64,000 nucleotides of DNA from Neocallimastix sp. 'constans' (lineage: Eukaryota): positions 186,001-250,000 of the forward strand of contig JBODTK010000147.1 in assembly GCA_050613775.1 (NCBI GenBank), given 5' to 3'. The notes under the pieces were generated by a model. It was not told where the DNA came from, searched no databases, and worked only from the letters and a program-made list of their open reading frames with translations. A program made the translations under genes and the position numbers. Numbering within the stretch: the first letter of the stretch is position 1; each line of letters starts with the position of its first letter. Positions 37,626 through 50,418 of this stretch are shown here, one piece after another.

Positions 37626-37817
37626 AATTACTTTAATAATAAAATAAATAAATAAATAAATATATACAAAAATAATCAAAATATTTATTAAATATGGTTT
37701 TATTTTATATATTTTTTCTATTTTATTAATGATAATAATAATAATTATTTTTTTTTTATAATAATGATTGAAGTACAAAAAAAAAGAATAAATAATAAGA
37801 ATTGTTTTATTTTAAAC

Positions 37818-37848
<31 letters not shown>

Positions 37849-38693
37849 TATTTTATTTTATTTTATTTTATTTTATTTTATTTTATTTTATTTTATTTCT
37901 GTAAATATTATTAAATCTTTTAATTATATTATTATTTAAACTTTTTTTTTTTTTAAAGAGTAAGGATGTTCTAAAATTTATTGTTTGAGAACTTTAATTA
38001 ATATGAAGTAATGGAATACTCTTTTTTTTTTTTTTTTTTTTATTTTAATCAAAATATTGAAAAGTAGAGAAGTTAAATAATTGAAAAAAAAAAACTATAA
38101 ATAGGGAATGAAATCACTTTACTGATTAAAACTTCAACTTTTTTTTTGTCTATAAAATTTTAATTTATAGATCTTATAAATTAAAAGGACAAAGAAAAAG
38201 GGCAAAAAAGAGAAAATGAAATAAATTGGATTCCGTTATCCAGAAGTTTCTTTAATTGGTGACTCTGAAATGTTTTCTTTAACAAGTTATTTTTTTTTGG
38301 ACTCTCAAAAATAGATAAATGTGTTAGAAAATAGTGATTAGTTCATTAAAGAGATCAATAATATTTCTTTTTCGGATATGAAAATGAAAATCGTACTATG
38401 TAATGGAAGTAATTAAAAAGGAAGAAAGAGTGAAGATTCAAGTTTTCCTACTCCTTTATTTTTGTTTTTTTTATTTTCTTTTCAAGAATGTGTTAATTAT
38501 ATTTCCTTAGTATGATGACTAGCTCATTTTGTATTAGTTTTTTAAATGCTCGCTGAAAAAATTATTCATTATGATAATGTAATGGATAACTTCTCATCTC
38601 ATTAAGAAACCTTTACTAGTTAAAAAAAAAAGAAAATAAAAGTAAAAACTATTTTATTGCTGTTTTTTTTTAAATAAATAAGAAATAAAAAAT

Positions 38694-38729
<36 letters not shown>

Positions 38730-39176
38730 AAATAAATATATCAAGGCTATGTATTATTATTGGATTATCAGTTGGAATAAAAAAAAAAATAAAAACAATC
38801 TGATAATTTTAAAAATAAAAATAAAAATAAAAATAAAAGCAAAAGCAAAAGCAAAAAAAAAAATAAAAAAATAAAATAAAAATTAAAAAATAACAAAATA
38901 ACAAACAAAAAATAAAATAAAACAAATAAGAAAAAAAAAATTTGAAGAATAGATTAGAAAATAAAATACAATAAAAAAAAAAATAAAATTATTCTGTATT
39001 AATTTATTTCAAATCAATACTTAAATAAACAAAACAAAACAAAACAAAAAAAAAAAAGTAAAATTATCTTTATGAAAATGTGGTTTATATAATGAAAATA
39101 AAATTTTGTGTGTAAATGAATGCTAATGCAATAATAAAGTAAAAGTAGTTTGTTTAAATTTATTGTTATTTCATTT

Positions 39177-39227
<51 letters not shown>

Positions 39228-39449
39228 ATTAAAATGTATCATTCACGATATTAATCCTCAATGTATATAAAAATTTGAGTCATTCTTTATTATAATTTTT
39301 TAATTATTAAATCAATTATTCAATCATTCAAATATTCAAATATTCAAATATTCAAATTATTCAAATATTCAATTATTTATTATTGATTATTAATATTTAA
39401 TGTTTATTATTACTAATTATTACTATTATTTTATTAAATATATACTAGT

Positions 39450-40080
39450 TTTTTATTTATTATTTATTATTCAATTATTTATTATTTATTTTTATTTGAT
39501 TATTTATTATTTATTATTTATTATTTATTATTTATTATTTATTATTTATTATTTATTATTTATTATTTATTATTTATTATTTATTATTTATTATTTATTA
39601 TTTATTATTTATTGTTTATTGTTTATTGTTTATTATTTATTATTCAATTATTCAATTATTTATTATTTATTATTTATTATTTATTATTTATTATTTATTA
39701 TTTATTATTTATTATTTATTATTTATTATTTATTATTTATTATTTATTATTTATTATTTATAATTTATTATTTATTATTTATTATTTATTATTCAATTAT
39801 TTATTATTTATTTATATTTGATTATTTATTATTTATTTATTATTCAATTATTTATTATTTATTATTTATTATTTATTATTCAATTATTCAATTATTTATT
39901 ATTTATTATTTATTATTCAATTATTTATTATTTATTTTTATTTGATTATTCAATTATTTATTATTTATTATTTATTATTTATTATTTAATTATTTATTAT
40001 TTATTATTTTTTATTTATTATTTATTATTCCATTATTTATTATTTATTATTTATTATTTATTATTTCTTATTTAATTATT
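39450..40080 (-). repeat. (TTATTTA)n heptamer satellite, opposite orientation
   Basis: Reverse complement of the arrays at 35, 37 and 40.6 kb; source of the spurious IIYYLLF ORFs. Confidence 0.9.
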
Positions 40081-40569
40081 TAATTATTAAAATAATAAAA
40101 AAAAAAAAAAAGGAAAAGATGCTCTACGGTAGGTCAACAATTTTTAAGTTGGGTAATATAAATGATATAAATGATTCATTATTATGTAGTTTATTATTAT
40201 ATTATAATATATATTATTATATTATAATATATATTTAATATATCATAGTTTAAATATGTATAAAATTAATTTTTATTGGTGTTAAAAAAAATTTTTTTTT
40301 TCAAAATATGAAACTTTTTTAGTTAACTTTAAAATTATTAAAAAGTTGAAAATTATTGATACTAATAATTATAATTATAATATAATATATAATATATAAA
40401 AATATAATAAGAAATATAAAACTTCATTTAAATGGAATATATTTATAATTTATAGGCACATAAAAACTAAAACAATTCGAGTCTTATTTTAGAAGGAATA
40501 AAAATTTAAAAAAAAAAAGAAGCAAAATTGAATATTATAGGTGTTTTGCTTTGTTTTAAATTTTATGAG

Positions 40570-40830
40570 TAATAAATAATTAAATAATAAAAAGAGCATC
40601 TATTATTAAATATTAGAAAATAAAATAATTGAATAATAAATAATAAATAATAAATAAATAAATAACAAATAATAAAAAGATAAAAAGAGTATTTATTAAT
40701 AAATAATAAAGAGTATTTATTAATAAATAATAAATAATAAATAATAAATAATAAATAATAAATAATAAATAATTGAATAATGGAATAATAAATAATAAAT
40801 AATAAATAATAAATAATAAATAATAAAATA
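40570..40830 (+). repeat. (AATAAAT)n heptamer satellite with AAAGAGTATTTATTAATAAATA motif
   Basis: Directly visible. Confidence 0.85.
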
Positions 40831-42984
40831 TAAAATATTATATATATAAATATATATATAATTTTATTAGTTTTTTATTATTTGTTTTTTTACTATTTTT
40901 TACCGTTTATTTTCCTTTTTTTTTTTTTTTATTTTATCGTTTGTTTTACTATTTTTTTCCTTTTATTTTTTTCCTTTTATTTTTTTATTTTTTATTTTTT
41001 GCCTTTTTTTTACCTTTAATTTTCTTTTTTTATTTTTATCTCTTATTGGTTTTCATTTATACATTTGTACATTTCACAAGCAACCACTCAAACTCTGGCA
41101 ACACTCAATGAATTAAAAGAAAAACAAAAACAAAAAAAAGATGAATTACGGCATCTGCACTACCAAATCTTAATTAATAATAAATTATTAAAGTTTAATT
41201 TTTTATTTTATTATTGAAATCATGAATGAAATGCCTTTTTTTTTTACAACATTTCTTAATCTTAACACTTCTCTTATTAATGATATAAATCTTTTTTTTA
41301 AAAAATATGAAATCGTATTATTAATTATTAATTATTGTTTCTGCTTTTTTTTTTTTTTAAAAATATATTTAAATTTGTTTAGTTTTATTTATAAGTTTAT
41401 TATATTTTTTTAGTGATATATAAAATAATTGTATATATAAGAAAGAATGACTCTATTTAAAAGCATCAATGAAGATTTTTTTTTTCCTTATTTCATTATA
41501 TTCCGTAATTTAAAATGTAAAAAAAAAAAAAGGTTGAGTTGAGTTTTAAAACAAAAAAAAAAAAAATTAAAAATTAAAAATTAAAAATTAAAATTTACTA
41601 TATATAGAAATCTTTTACTATAAAAATTAAAATTTTGTTATTTCTGTTTTTATATTTAATTAACTTTAAAAATAAATTAAAAAATTTCTTCATGACTAAG
41701 TTCAAATCAGTTATAAATTTAATTTGATAATAAAATGAAATGGAATTGACAAATTTATTATTAATGAAATCCTAATGAAATCATAATTGAATAATTAAAT
41801 AATTGAATAATAATAAAAAAGTATTTATTAATAAATATTTAAAATAATGAAATAATAAAATTGATATTATTTTCATGAAGGAGAAAAAAGTATAAATAAA
41901 ATGATTTTGACCCAAAGTTTTTAAATCTTCAGTTTTTTAAAATAAAAAAAAAAAAAAACTCAAAAAAAAATTTTGATTTCTGAACACCTAAAAAAAAATA
42001 AGGAAAATGATTTCAAAATCAAATTGAAAAGAAATGTTAGAAATTTAAAGGCCCTGCTAGAGAAATTGATGTTCCTGGCTCCTTTGCTTTTTTTTTTTTT
42101 TTTAATCGAAATTAGATGTCGGATGGAAAGCTAATAAGATTTTACCTTTGTGAATTCTATCTGCTGGAAATTTAATTATCGTGAAAGAAAAGAAGAGTTA
42201 TTTCTAATGGATTCTACTAATTCAAAAGCTATATTTAATATAAAAAAAATAAATAAAAAATATGTCCTTAAAAAAAAAAAGGATAAAAAAAGCTATTATT
42301 ATTGCTGTTTTTTTTTTTTTAAAATAAAAAAAAAGAAGAAAAAAAAAACTTAAAACAAAAAAACAAAAAACAAAAACAAACAAAAAAAAAAAAAATAAAA
42401 TAAAAGAAATAAAAAATAAAATAAAATAGAATAAAAATTAAATAACAAAAATAAAATAAATAGACTATAAAAAAAAATAAAAAATAAATGAAAAAAACAA
42501 ATTAAAAATAAAAATAAAAAAAAAAAAGCTTTATTTTATTAAATCAAATCATTAAATATTTAAAAAGTAGTTAACACAAATTAAAACTTAAAAAATATAT
42601 AAATGTATTTTTAAGTTTTTTTTTTTTTTGTTGAAAATTTTTATTGTGTTATAAAAAGTGTATATAAGAAAGTGAATCATTAAAGTAGCTTTTATAAAAT
42701 ATTGTGTGTATTATGTAAATTATTTATTATATTTTAATGGAAAAAAAAAATTATTATTGAAAAGTTTTTTTTTTTTTTTTGTATATTTTTATTTGTGATG
42801 GAAATAAATGTTTGAATAAATATTTATTTTATTTATTGTAAATTTTTTTTGTTTATTTTAGTCTTATATTATTAAAATAAAACAATAAAAAAAATTCAAA
42901 ATATTAATTATAAAAATATTATGTTGGTTGGGTCGACATTAAAATGATAAAGTCAAAAAAAAAAGTAAAAATAAAAAATAATAG

Positions 42985-43016
<32 letters not shown>

Positions 43017-43200
43017 GTAGGGTTAGTGTGCTCGTATAAGTCTAATTATTTTGAAGATTAATTTCTTATATTCATCGTTTAAAAAAAAAAAAAAAAAAAA
43101 AGGTAGGGTTAGTGTGATCGTATAAGTCTAATTATTTTGAAGATTAATTTCTTATATTCATCGTTTAAAAAAAAAAAAAAAAAAAAATTCTTATATTCAT
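43017..43200 (+). repeat. 64-bp direct repeat x2, each followed by ~21 A, plus a partial third copy
   Basis: GTAGGGTTAGTGTG(C/A)TCGTATAAGTCTAATTATTTTGAAGATTAATTTCTTATATTCATCGTTT at 43017-43080 and 43103-43166. Confidence 0.9.
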
Positions 43201-43399
43201 TTAACTAATAAATACTTCAATGATATGAACTGTTTTTTTAAGTACATAGAGCATTAATAGAAAAGGAATAGCCTATAATCAGGTGTACTAATTACAGTTC
43301 TCTGTAAAACGGATGATAATCGATGATTATCCTTTCTTAAGTGGCTTATAGTATGAAGAGAGAAAATTAGGAATATTGGAAGACTATAGAATGATATGA

Positions 43400-44390
43400 A
43401 CCTATTATTTTATATTGTTTTTAGATTGAATATGTCCATTAAAGCTGAATTTTATGACAAAAATCAAAATTTAGAAAATATACATGGACGAAAGAAAGTA
43501 GAACTCATAAACGTAAACTAGAGAAAAGAGGTAATAACGATAATAAAATCAAGGATTTTTATTGGAAAAGAGATATGAAAATCATTTCTATTAAAGCTGA
43601 ATTTTATGACAAAAACAGATTTGAGGAAACATCAAATTTTATAAAACTTTGTTATGAATATCCTGATCTTTCATATGGTTTCTCTTGGCTATTGAGAGCA
43701 CGAAGCGAATATTGATTAGATGCTAGAATTGCTAAACCTGCAAAAATAATAGATCAAATGTGTCCTAATTTTTGTCCCTGTTGTAAAAGTAATGAACAAT
43801 GGATAAGGCATTGGTTAATTGATTGTCCATTTTTCAATCATATTCGTAGTATAAGTTAATGATAAAATTTTATTTTTATATATAACGCTTTTAACTGTAG
43901 CAACCTAACAAATGATATTGTTAATAGTAATAATGATAATAGTAATAGTAATAATAGTAATAGTAATAATAGTAATAGTAATAATAGTAATAGTAATAAT
44001 AGTTATTGTAATATTAGTAATAGTATTATTAGTAATAGTATTATTAGTAATGTTAGTAATAGTATTGAAAATAATGTGTATGTTAATTCTAGTGTGTGTA
44101 AAAAAGTGTTTAATTTCCTTCTTCGAGGCAGAAGTATTAATAACAGTATAAGGGAATGGAAGGATCTATTTAAGTGCCAGATGAAATCAGGTGCTTGTTC
44201 TGATACTCCATTCTTGGTGGTTTCGGCGGCTCTTCTTCAATCGATTATACCTATTGCTATTGGCCAGCAATGATCTTTGTTCAATAGGTTCAAATCGAAT
44301 CAGTACTACTACTACCAAGAGCGTCAATGCTGAAGAAACAGTAAGACAGGCCAGCAGGGCTAGCGCAACCAATGAAGATCATGGCTTCGA
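43400..44390 (+). mobile_element. Non-LTR (LINE-like) retrotransposon relic, 3' part of ORF2 with Cys/His zinc-binding motif
   Basis: GFSWLLRAR...CPNFCPCCKSNEQWIRHWLIDCPFF (CCHC-type, ~43680-43835), an Asn/Ser microsatellite tract, then VFNFLLRGR...TPFLVVSAALLQSIIP. In-frame stops present. Left boundary approximate. Confidence 0.7.
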
Positions 44391-44399
44391 AATCTCACT

Positions 44400-45480
44400 A
44401 ATTCATCTATCTATTCTTCTTGGAGACTTTAACATGAGTACCTCTGATTTACAAAGATAAATTAATGGACAATAACCTTGATTAACTGGTTTATTCTTTC
44501 AATTAATGGTTCACCTATTTCATGGACAAGAGGTAGATATTCATCAGATATTGATCATGTGTTGGTCAACTCAATTATGCTGGATAAAATATCATGTGCT
44601 TATTTTGTTGATTATCCTTCTGTATCTGGTCATAAACCTTTCGTAGTTTATTGTAAGAAAATTACCACAAATAAATCATTTTTATTACCAAAAAAAAAAA
44701 AATTTGTTTGGTAGGATAGGTATAAATGTCTTGAATTTAAAAATGAAATTTGTAATAATAATAAATTTGAGGTTATGAGTGAAGAATTAGGAAATGGAGA
44801 ACTTTCAACAGATAGTATAATTGAAAAGTTCATCAACGCTACTAACTCCATTACTAAGGAATCTATCGCTAACAAAACATTTTTAATAAATGTGATAAAT
44901 ATGGAATCGCTATTATGGAGATTGCTTTGCAGATGACAATTGTGTTATGCGCTCCAACAAGATCTCATCTTAAGAAATTGTTAAAATTTGCTAGTAAATT
45001 AACCAGAAATAATAAAAATGCAAATTCGGTATCAATAAATGTACTAGCTTAGTAGTACGAGGGGAGGGGTAAAGTTTCAAAGATTTCGTGAAAGTCGTGT
45101 AACCCTATTTTTTTTAATCTTTCAAGACAAGAGCCACCTAAAACGAATTTGCTATGCCTACTTAGGTGTACTCTTTTTCAAATGATTTAGAGCTGAAAAC
45201 CGATCATACAAAGTATGAATAAATAAAGTTAGAGAAGAGTACTTTCCTCCATAAAAAGATTTTTTTTTCTTAAAAAATCCTCATATTTGTATTCCTATCC
45301 CCCTTATAAACCTATGTTATTTTCTGCTCTAGTAATTGGGCCAAGCTTTGTACTATGCACCTCTATTTGGATTAAAACAAAGAAAGAAAGAACGAGAAGT
45401 AGAGAGACACTAAGTTAATACAGGGTTATACTTGGATAGAAAGATTTTTTCTAAATGGGATTAGTTTTAGCCTTAGTTTT
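44400..45480 (+). mobile_element. Second LINE-like relic: APE endonuclease C-terminal half joined to RT fragments (internally deleted)
   Basis: APE motifs ILLGDFN (~44415), SDIDHVLVN (~44545) and PSVSGHKP (SDH-like, ~44620); RT FADD-like motif at ~44926, FGINKC at ~45025 and YLGV at ~45160. Confidence 0.78.
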
Positions 45481-45539
45481 TGTATCCCTTTTATTTAATG
45501 TGTTTCTAAAGAACTTTAATAATTAAATATTATTTAGTA

Positions 45540-45740
45540 TTTATTATTCATTATCTATTATCTATTATCTATTATCTATTATCTATTATTTATTATTTAT
45601 TATTTATTATTTACTATTTATTATCTATTATTTATTATTTATTATTTATTATTTATTATTTATTATTTATTATTTATTATTTATTATTTATTATTTATTA
45701 TTTATTATTTATTATTTATTTATTTATTTAAAATGATTTT
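45540..45740 (-). repeat. (TTATTTA)n heptamer satellite
   Basis: Directly visible, with TTATCTA variants. Confidence 0.85.
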
Positions 45741-45965
45741 TATTATTTATTTAATTATTTATTTAATTATGAATCAAGCATAAAATTATATATTAAAATT
45801 AATATTTTATTCTAAATTTTGTTATTATTATAACATAATTCATTTATTTTAATTCTGAAATTATAATAATACAAAAATAATATATATACAAAAATTATTA
45901 TTTATCTTATTAAATAAAAAATTAAAATAATAACAAATTTTTTATAAAAAAAAAAAAAAAAAAAA

Positions 45966-46135
45966 TAACAAAAATTATAATTAAAAAAAAAAAATAACAA
46001 AAATTATAATTAAAAAAAAAAAAAAATATAACAAAAATTATAATTAAAAAAAAAAAAATACAACAAAAATTATAATTAAAAAAAAAAAAATAAATAAAAA
46101 TTTAACAAAAATTATAATTAAAAAAAAAAAAAATA
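45966..46135. repeat. Tandem AACAAAAATTATAATT(A)n units, about 5 copies
   Basis: Directly visible. Confidence 0.75.
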
Positions 46136-46485
46136 TAATAATAAATAAAATAAAATTAAAATTAACTTCAAAAATTACTAATATGATCATCTAATATATA
46201 TAAATATATATATATTTTATTATATTTTTTTTTTTTTTATTTATTAATCATTAATATTTTTATGAATTTTATATATATATTTTTTTTAAATGTACTAATT
46301 TGAATAATATAATTGAAGTGTATTTATTAATGTTTTTATATTAAATTTTAAAATATGTTATTATTATATAGTATATCGATATATTATGTAATAACTATTT
46401 AAATTATTTCAATTCTATTTAATATATTCATTAAATTAGAATTATTATATAATTTTTTTTTGTATGGATAATTATTTTATATAAT

Positions 46486-47544
46486 TTAATTATTTTCAAC
46501 TTTTTGATTTTCAGGACGAAGTGAACGAACAGTTACTGCCGTTTGCCATAATTGCGATTCACGAAGTTCTTTTAATTCTTTAGAAAGATTTTCACGATAA
46601 TCCGATTTAGAATTGGCAATTAAAGTATTTTCAGCTTCTGTACCATTACGAACTGATTCATACAACTCTTCAAATACTGGTTTAGTAGCAGAATAAAATT
46701 TATCCATCCAATCAAGTGCTCCTCGACGAGCTGTCGTAGAACAATTATTATACATCCAATCCATCCCATTCTTGCCAATAAGAGGATAAAGAGATTGAGT
46801 AGCTTCTTCAACTGTTTCATTGAATGCTTCAGAAGGAGTATGACCATTTGAAATTAAAACTTCAAATTGAGCTTTGAAAATACCTTGAATACATCCCATA
46901 AGTGTTCCACGTTCTCCTGTAAGATCTGAATAAGTTTCTCTTTCAAGGGTAGTTGGATAAAGATAACCTGAACCAATAGCAATACCTGTGGCATATGCTC
47001 TTTCTTCAGCTTTACCAGACCAATCTTGGAAAACGGCAACTGATGAATTAATACCATGACCTTCTAAGAAAAGAGAACGAACCGTAGTACCTGAACCCTT
47101 TGGAGCAACCATGATAACATCACAATCATTTGGAGGAATTACTCCAGTTTTATCTTTGAAAACAATAGAGAATCCATGAGAGAAATATAAAGTTTTTCCA
47201 TGAATTAAATCTTTAATACTATTCCATGCAGCCTTTTGACCAGCATCAGAAAGAAGATACATAATGATAGTACCCTTTTTACAAGCTTCAGTAATTTCGA
47301 AAAGAGATTCACCTTCTATCCATCCATCTTCTTTCGCAAGATCCCAAGAAGGACCCTTACGAAGACCAATGACCACTTTAAATCCTTTATCTCTTAAATT
47401 ACGAGATTGATTACGACCTTGAGTACCATAACCGATAACTGCAAAAGTATCATTCTTAAATATTTCATTTATTTTTTCTTGAGGAAAATCTGATCTTTCA
47501 TAAACGGTTTCATCAACACCTCCAAAATTTATAATTTTAACCAT
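46486..47544 (-). CDS. ILV5: Ketol-acid reductoisomerase (acetohydroxyacid isomeroreductase), intronless, 352 aa, no mitochondrial presequence
   Basis: Intact ORF with VIGYGTQG nucleotide-binding loop, LYFSHGF, VAPKGSG, SDLTGERGTLMG, EAFNETVEEATQSLYPLIG and CSTTARRGALDW. Confidence 0.96.
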   Translation of the reverse strand: MVKIINFGGVDETVYERSDFPQEKINEIFKNDTFAVIGYGTQGRNQSRNLRDKGFKVVIGLRKGPSWDLAKEDGWIEGESLFEITEACKKGTIIMYLLSDAGQKAAWNSIKDLIHGKTLYFSHGFSIVFKDKTGVIPPNDCDVIMVAPKGSGTTVRSLFLEGHGINSSVAVFQDWSGKAEERAYATGIAIGSGYLYPTTLERETYSDLTGERGTLMGCIQGIFKAQFEVLISNGHTPSEAFNETVEEATQSLYPLIGKNGMDWMYNNCSTTARRGALDWMDKFYSATKPVFEELYESVRNGTEAENTLIANSKSDYRENLSKELKELRESQLWQTAVTVRSLRPENQKVENN

Positions 47545-48634
47545 TTTATAATTTTGTTTTGTTTTATTTATTTGAAAATTATATAATTTTAATTTTAAAT
47601 TTTAAATTTTAATTAAATTTATTTTATTTTAAAATATATAATAAATAATTTTTATCAATAATTTTTTATATAATAGATATTTTATTGACTAATATTATAA
47701 TATTAATATTAATAAGAAATTTTAATTTGATTAATAATTGATATGTTACAAAAATAAATAAATAAAAAAAAAAAAAAGAAAATTTCTTTATTTATATTAA
47801 AATTAAAATATAAAAAAAAAATGAGTTAAATTTTTTAAATTTTAATATATTAAATTATAGTATAATATATATGTATATAAAATATTTATATTGATCTTTA
47901 AATTAAAATTTAATTTTATATCCATTCCACATAAATTTATCCTAAATAATTTTAAACATTCAAAAATATTGGTCTTAACTATTCCACACAAAATAAATCC
48001 TTATATATCCATTTTTAAAAAATTATACTTAACATTTTTTGTAAAAAAATAAAATATTTCATTGTATCTTCAACATTTATAATTAAATTTACTTTCTTTT
48101 ACTATTAAGATACAATAAAGATACAATATAAATATAATATATATAATATATAAAAATAGTTTAATTATACATTGTATTTAATCAACATTTAATTTTAGCA
48201 TAAAATATAAAATTATCAAAAACTAACATTTAAATTTAAATATATAACTGATATTATTAATATATTATATTTTAAAATTAATCTAATAAAAGTTTATTTA
48301 TTTAATTTTGAATTAATTATAATTATACATATAATATGATAATAATGAATTTTTTTCAAAAGGATTTCTTTAATTAATAATTAATAATTTTTTATATTTC
48401 ATATTTCATAATTAATTCTTTAAATTTTTTTTTTATATAATTTTTACATGCTTTTTTTAAGAGAAATCTTTAATATAAAAGAAAACAAAAATTAATATAC
48501 TAATAAATAGTAATTAACTGTTTTAATAATTTTAATTATATTATTTTTTTTAGTTTTAAACTTTTTATATATTAAAAATTATGAATATATATAAATATAT
48601 AAATTTTAATTAGTTGTTATTATTATTTTTATTT

Positions 48635-48678
<44 letters not shown>

Positions 48679-48729
48679 ATTATTATTGTTATGATTTCAA
48701 CTTTAAATAATTCTTTATTAAAAGATAAC

Positions 48730-48763
<34 letters not shown>

Positions 48764-49359
48764 GAATCAAGGCATAAATAAATTATAAATTAAAATTATT
48801 ATTTCATTTTATTTTAATTTTTGCCAGTATTTCTTTATATTCTAACAATTATTCATTCATTTAAATTATGAAATAATAATTTTAATATTATTATATATCT
48901 TACTAAATAAACGATTAAAATAATAATAAAATTGACGATAAAGCTCTATAAAAAAATAAAAAAAAAAAAAAAAAACAAAATATATATATAATAAAATATA
49001 AAAATTCCTAATAAAAAAAAAAAAAAAATAAAAAAAAATTAATCATCAGTTAATATATATTTATTTTTTTTATTAAAGTTTTTTTATTTTTATTTTTTAA
49101 TAATTAATTTAGTAATGAATTTTACATATATATATATATATATATATTGTTAATATTAATAATATAAATAGTATAATAAAGAGAATTTATTAATATTTTT
49201 GTATTAAGTTTTAAAAAAAAATATTTTTATAAAGTATTTCAATATATTATGTATTAATTATTTAAATTATTTAAATTACGTTCATTATAGTAGTTTATAT
49301 ATTAAATTAGAATAATATTATTAATTTTTTTTGTTTTAAAGATATTTATTTTATATAAT

Positions 49360-50418
49360 TTAATTATTTTCAACTTTTTGATTTTCAGGACGAAGTGAAC
49401 GAACAGTTACTGCTGTTTGCCATAATTGCGATTCACGAAGTTCTTTCAATTCTTTAGAAAGATTTTCACGATAATCCGATTTAGAATTGGCAATTAAAGT
49501 ATTTTCAGCTTCTGTACCATTACGAACTGATTCATACAACTCTTCAAATACTGGTTTAGTAGCAGAATAAAATTTATCCATCCAATCAAGTGCTCCTCGA
49601 CGAGCTGTCGTAGAACAATTATTATACATCCAATCCATCCCATTCTTGCCAATAAGAGGATAAAGAGATTGAGTAGCTTCTTCAACTGTTTCATTGAATG
49701 CTTCAGAAGGAGTATGACCATTTGAAATTAAAACTTCAAATTGAGCTTTGAAAATACCTTGAATACATCCCATAAGTGTTCCACGTTCTCCTGTAAGATC
49801 TGAATAAGTTTCTCTTTCAAAAGTAGTTGGATAAAGATAACCTGATCCAATAGCAATACCTGTGGCATATGCTCTTTATTCTGCTTTACCAGACCAATCT
49901 TGGAAAACGGCAACCGATGAATTAATACCACGACCTTCTAAGAAAAGAGAACGAACCGTAGTACCTGAACCCTTTGGAGCAACCATGATAACATCACAAT
50001 CATTTGGAGGAATTACTCCTGTTTTATCTTTGAAAACAATAGAGAATCCATGAGAGAAATATAAAGTTTTTCCATGAATTAAATCTTTAATACTATTCCA
50101 TTCAGCTTTTTGACCAGCATCAGAAAGAAGATACATAATGATAGTACCCTTTTTACAAGCTTCAGTAATTTCGAAAAGAGATTCACCTTCTATCCATCCA
50201 TCTTCTTTCGCGAGATCCCAAGAAGGACCTTTACGAAGACCAATGACCACTTTAAATCCTTTATCTCTTAAATTACGAGATTGATTACGACCTTGAGTAC
50301 CATAACCGATAACTACGAAAGTATCATTCTTAAATATTTCATTTAATTTTTCTTGAGGAAAATCTGATCTTTCATAAACGGTTTCATCAACACCTCCAAA
50401 ATTTATAATTTTAACCAT
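49360..50418 (-). pseudogene. ILV5: Tandem duplicate of the ketol-acid reductoisomerase gene with one premature stop (GAA>TAA at codon 181, 49876-49878)
   Basis: Same length (1059 nt) and near-identical to 46486-47544; reads GKAE*RAY against GKAEERAY; no frameshift. A base-call error cannot be excluded. Confidence 0.85.

Noticed and set aside
39400..40075. Long hydrophobic ORFs (IIYYLLF)n here and at 11521, 35576 and 56095
   Set aside because: These are translations of the TTATTTA satellite, with no coding signal.
49360..49773. The 137-aa ORF as an independent gene or split KARI
   Set aside because: It is simply the in-frame remainder downstream of the single nonsense codon in KARI copy 2.
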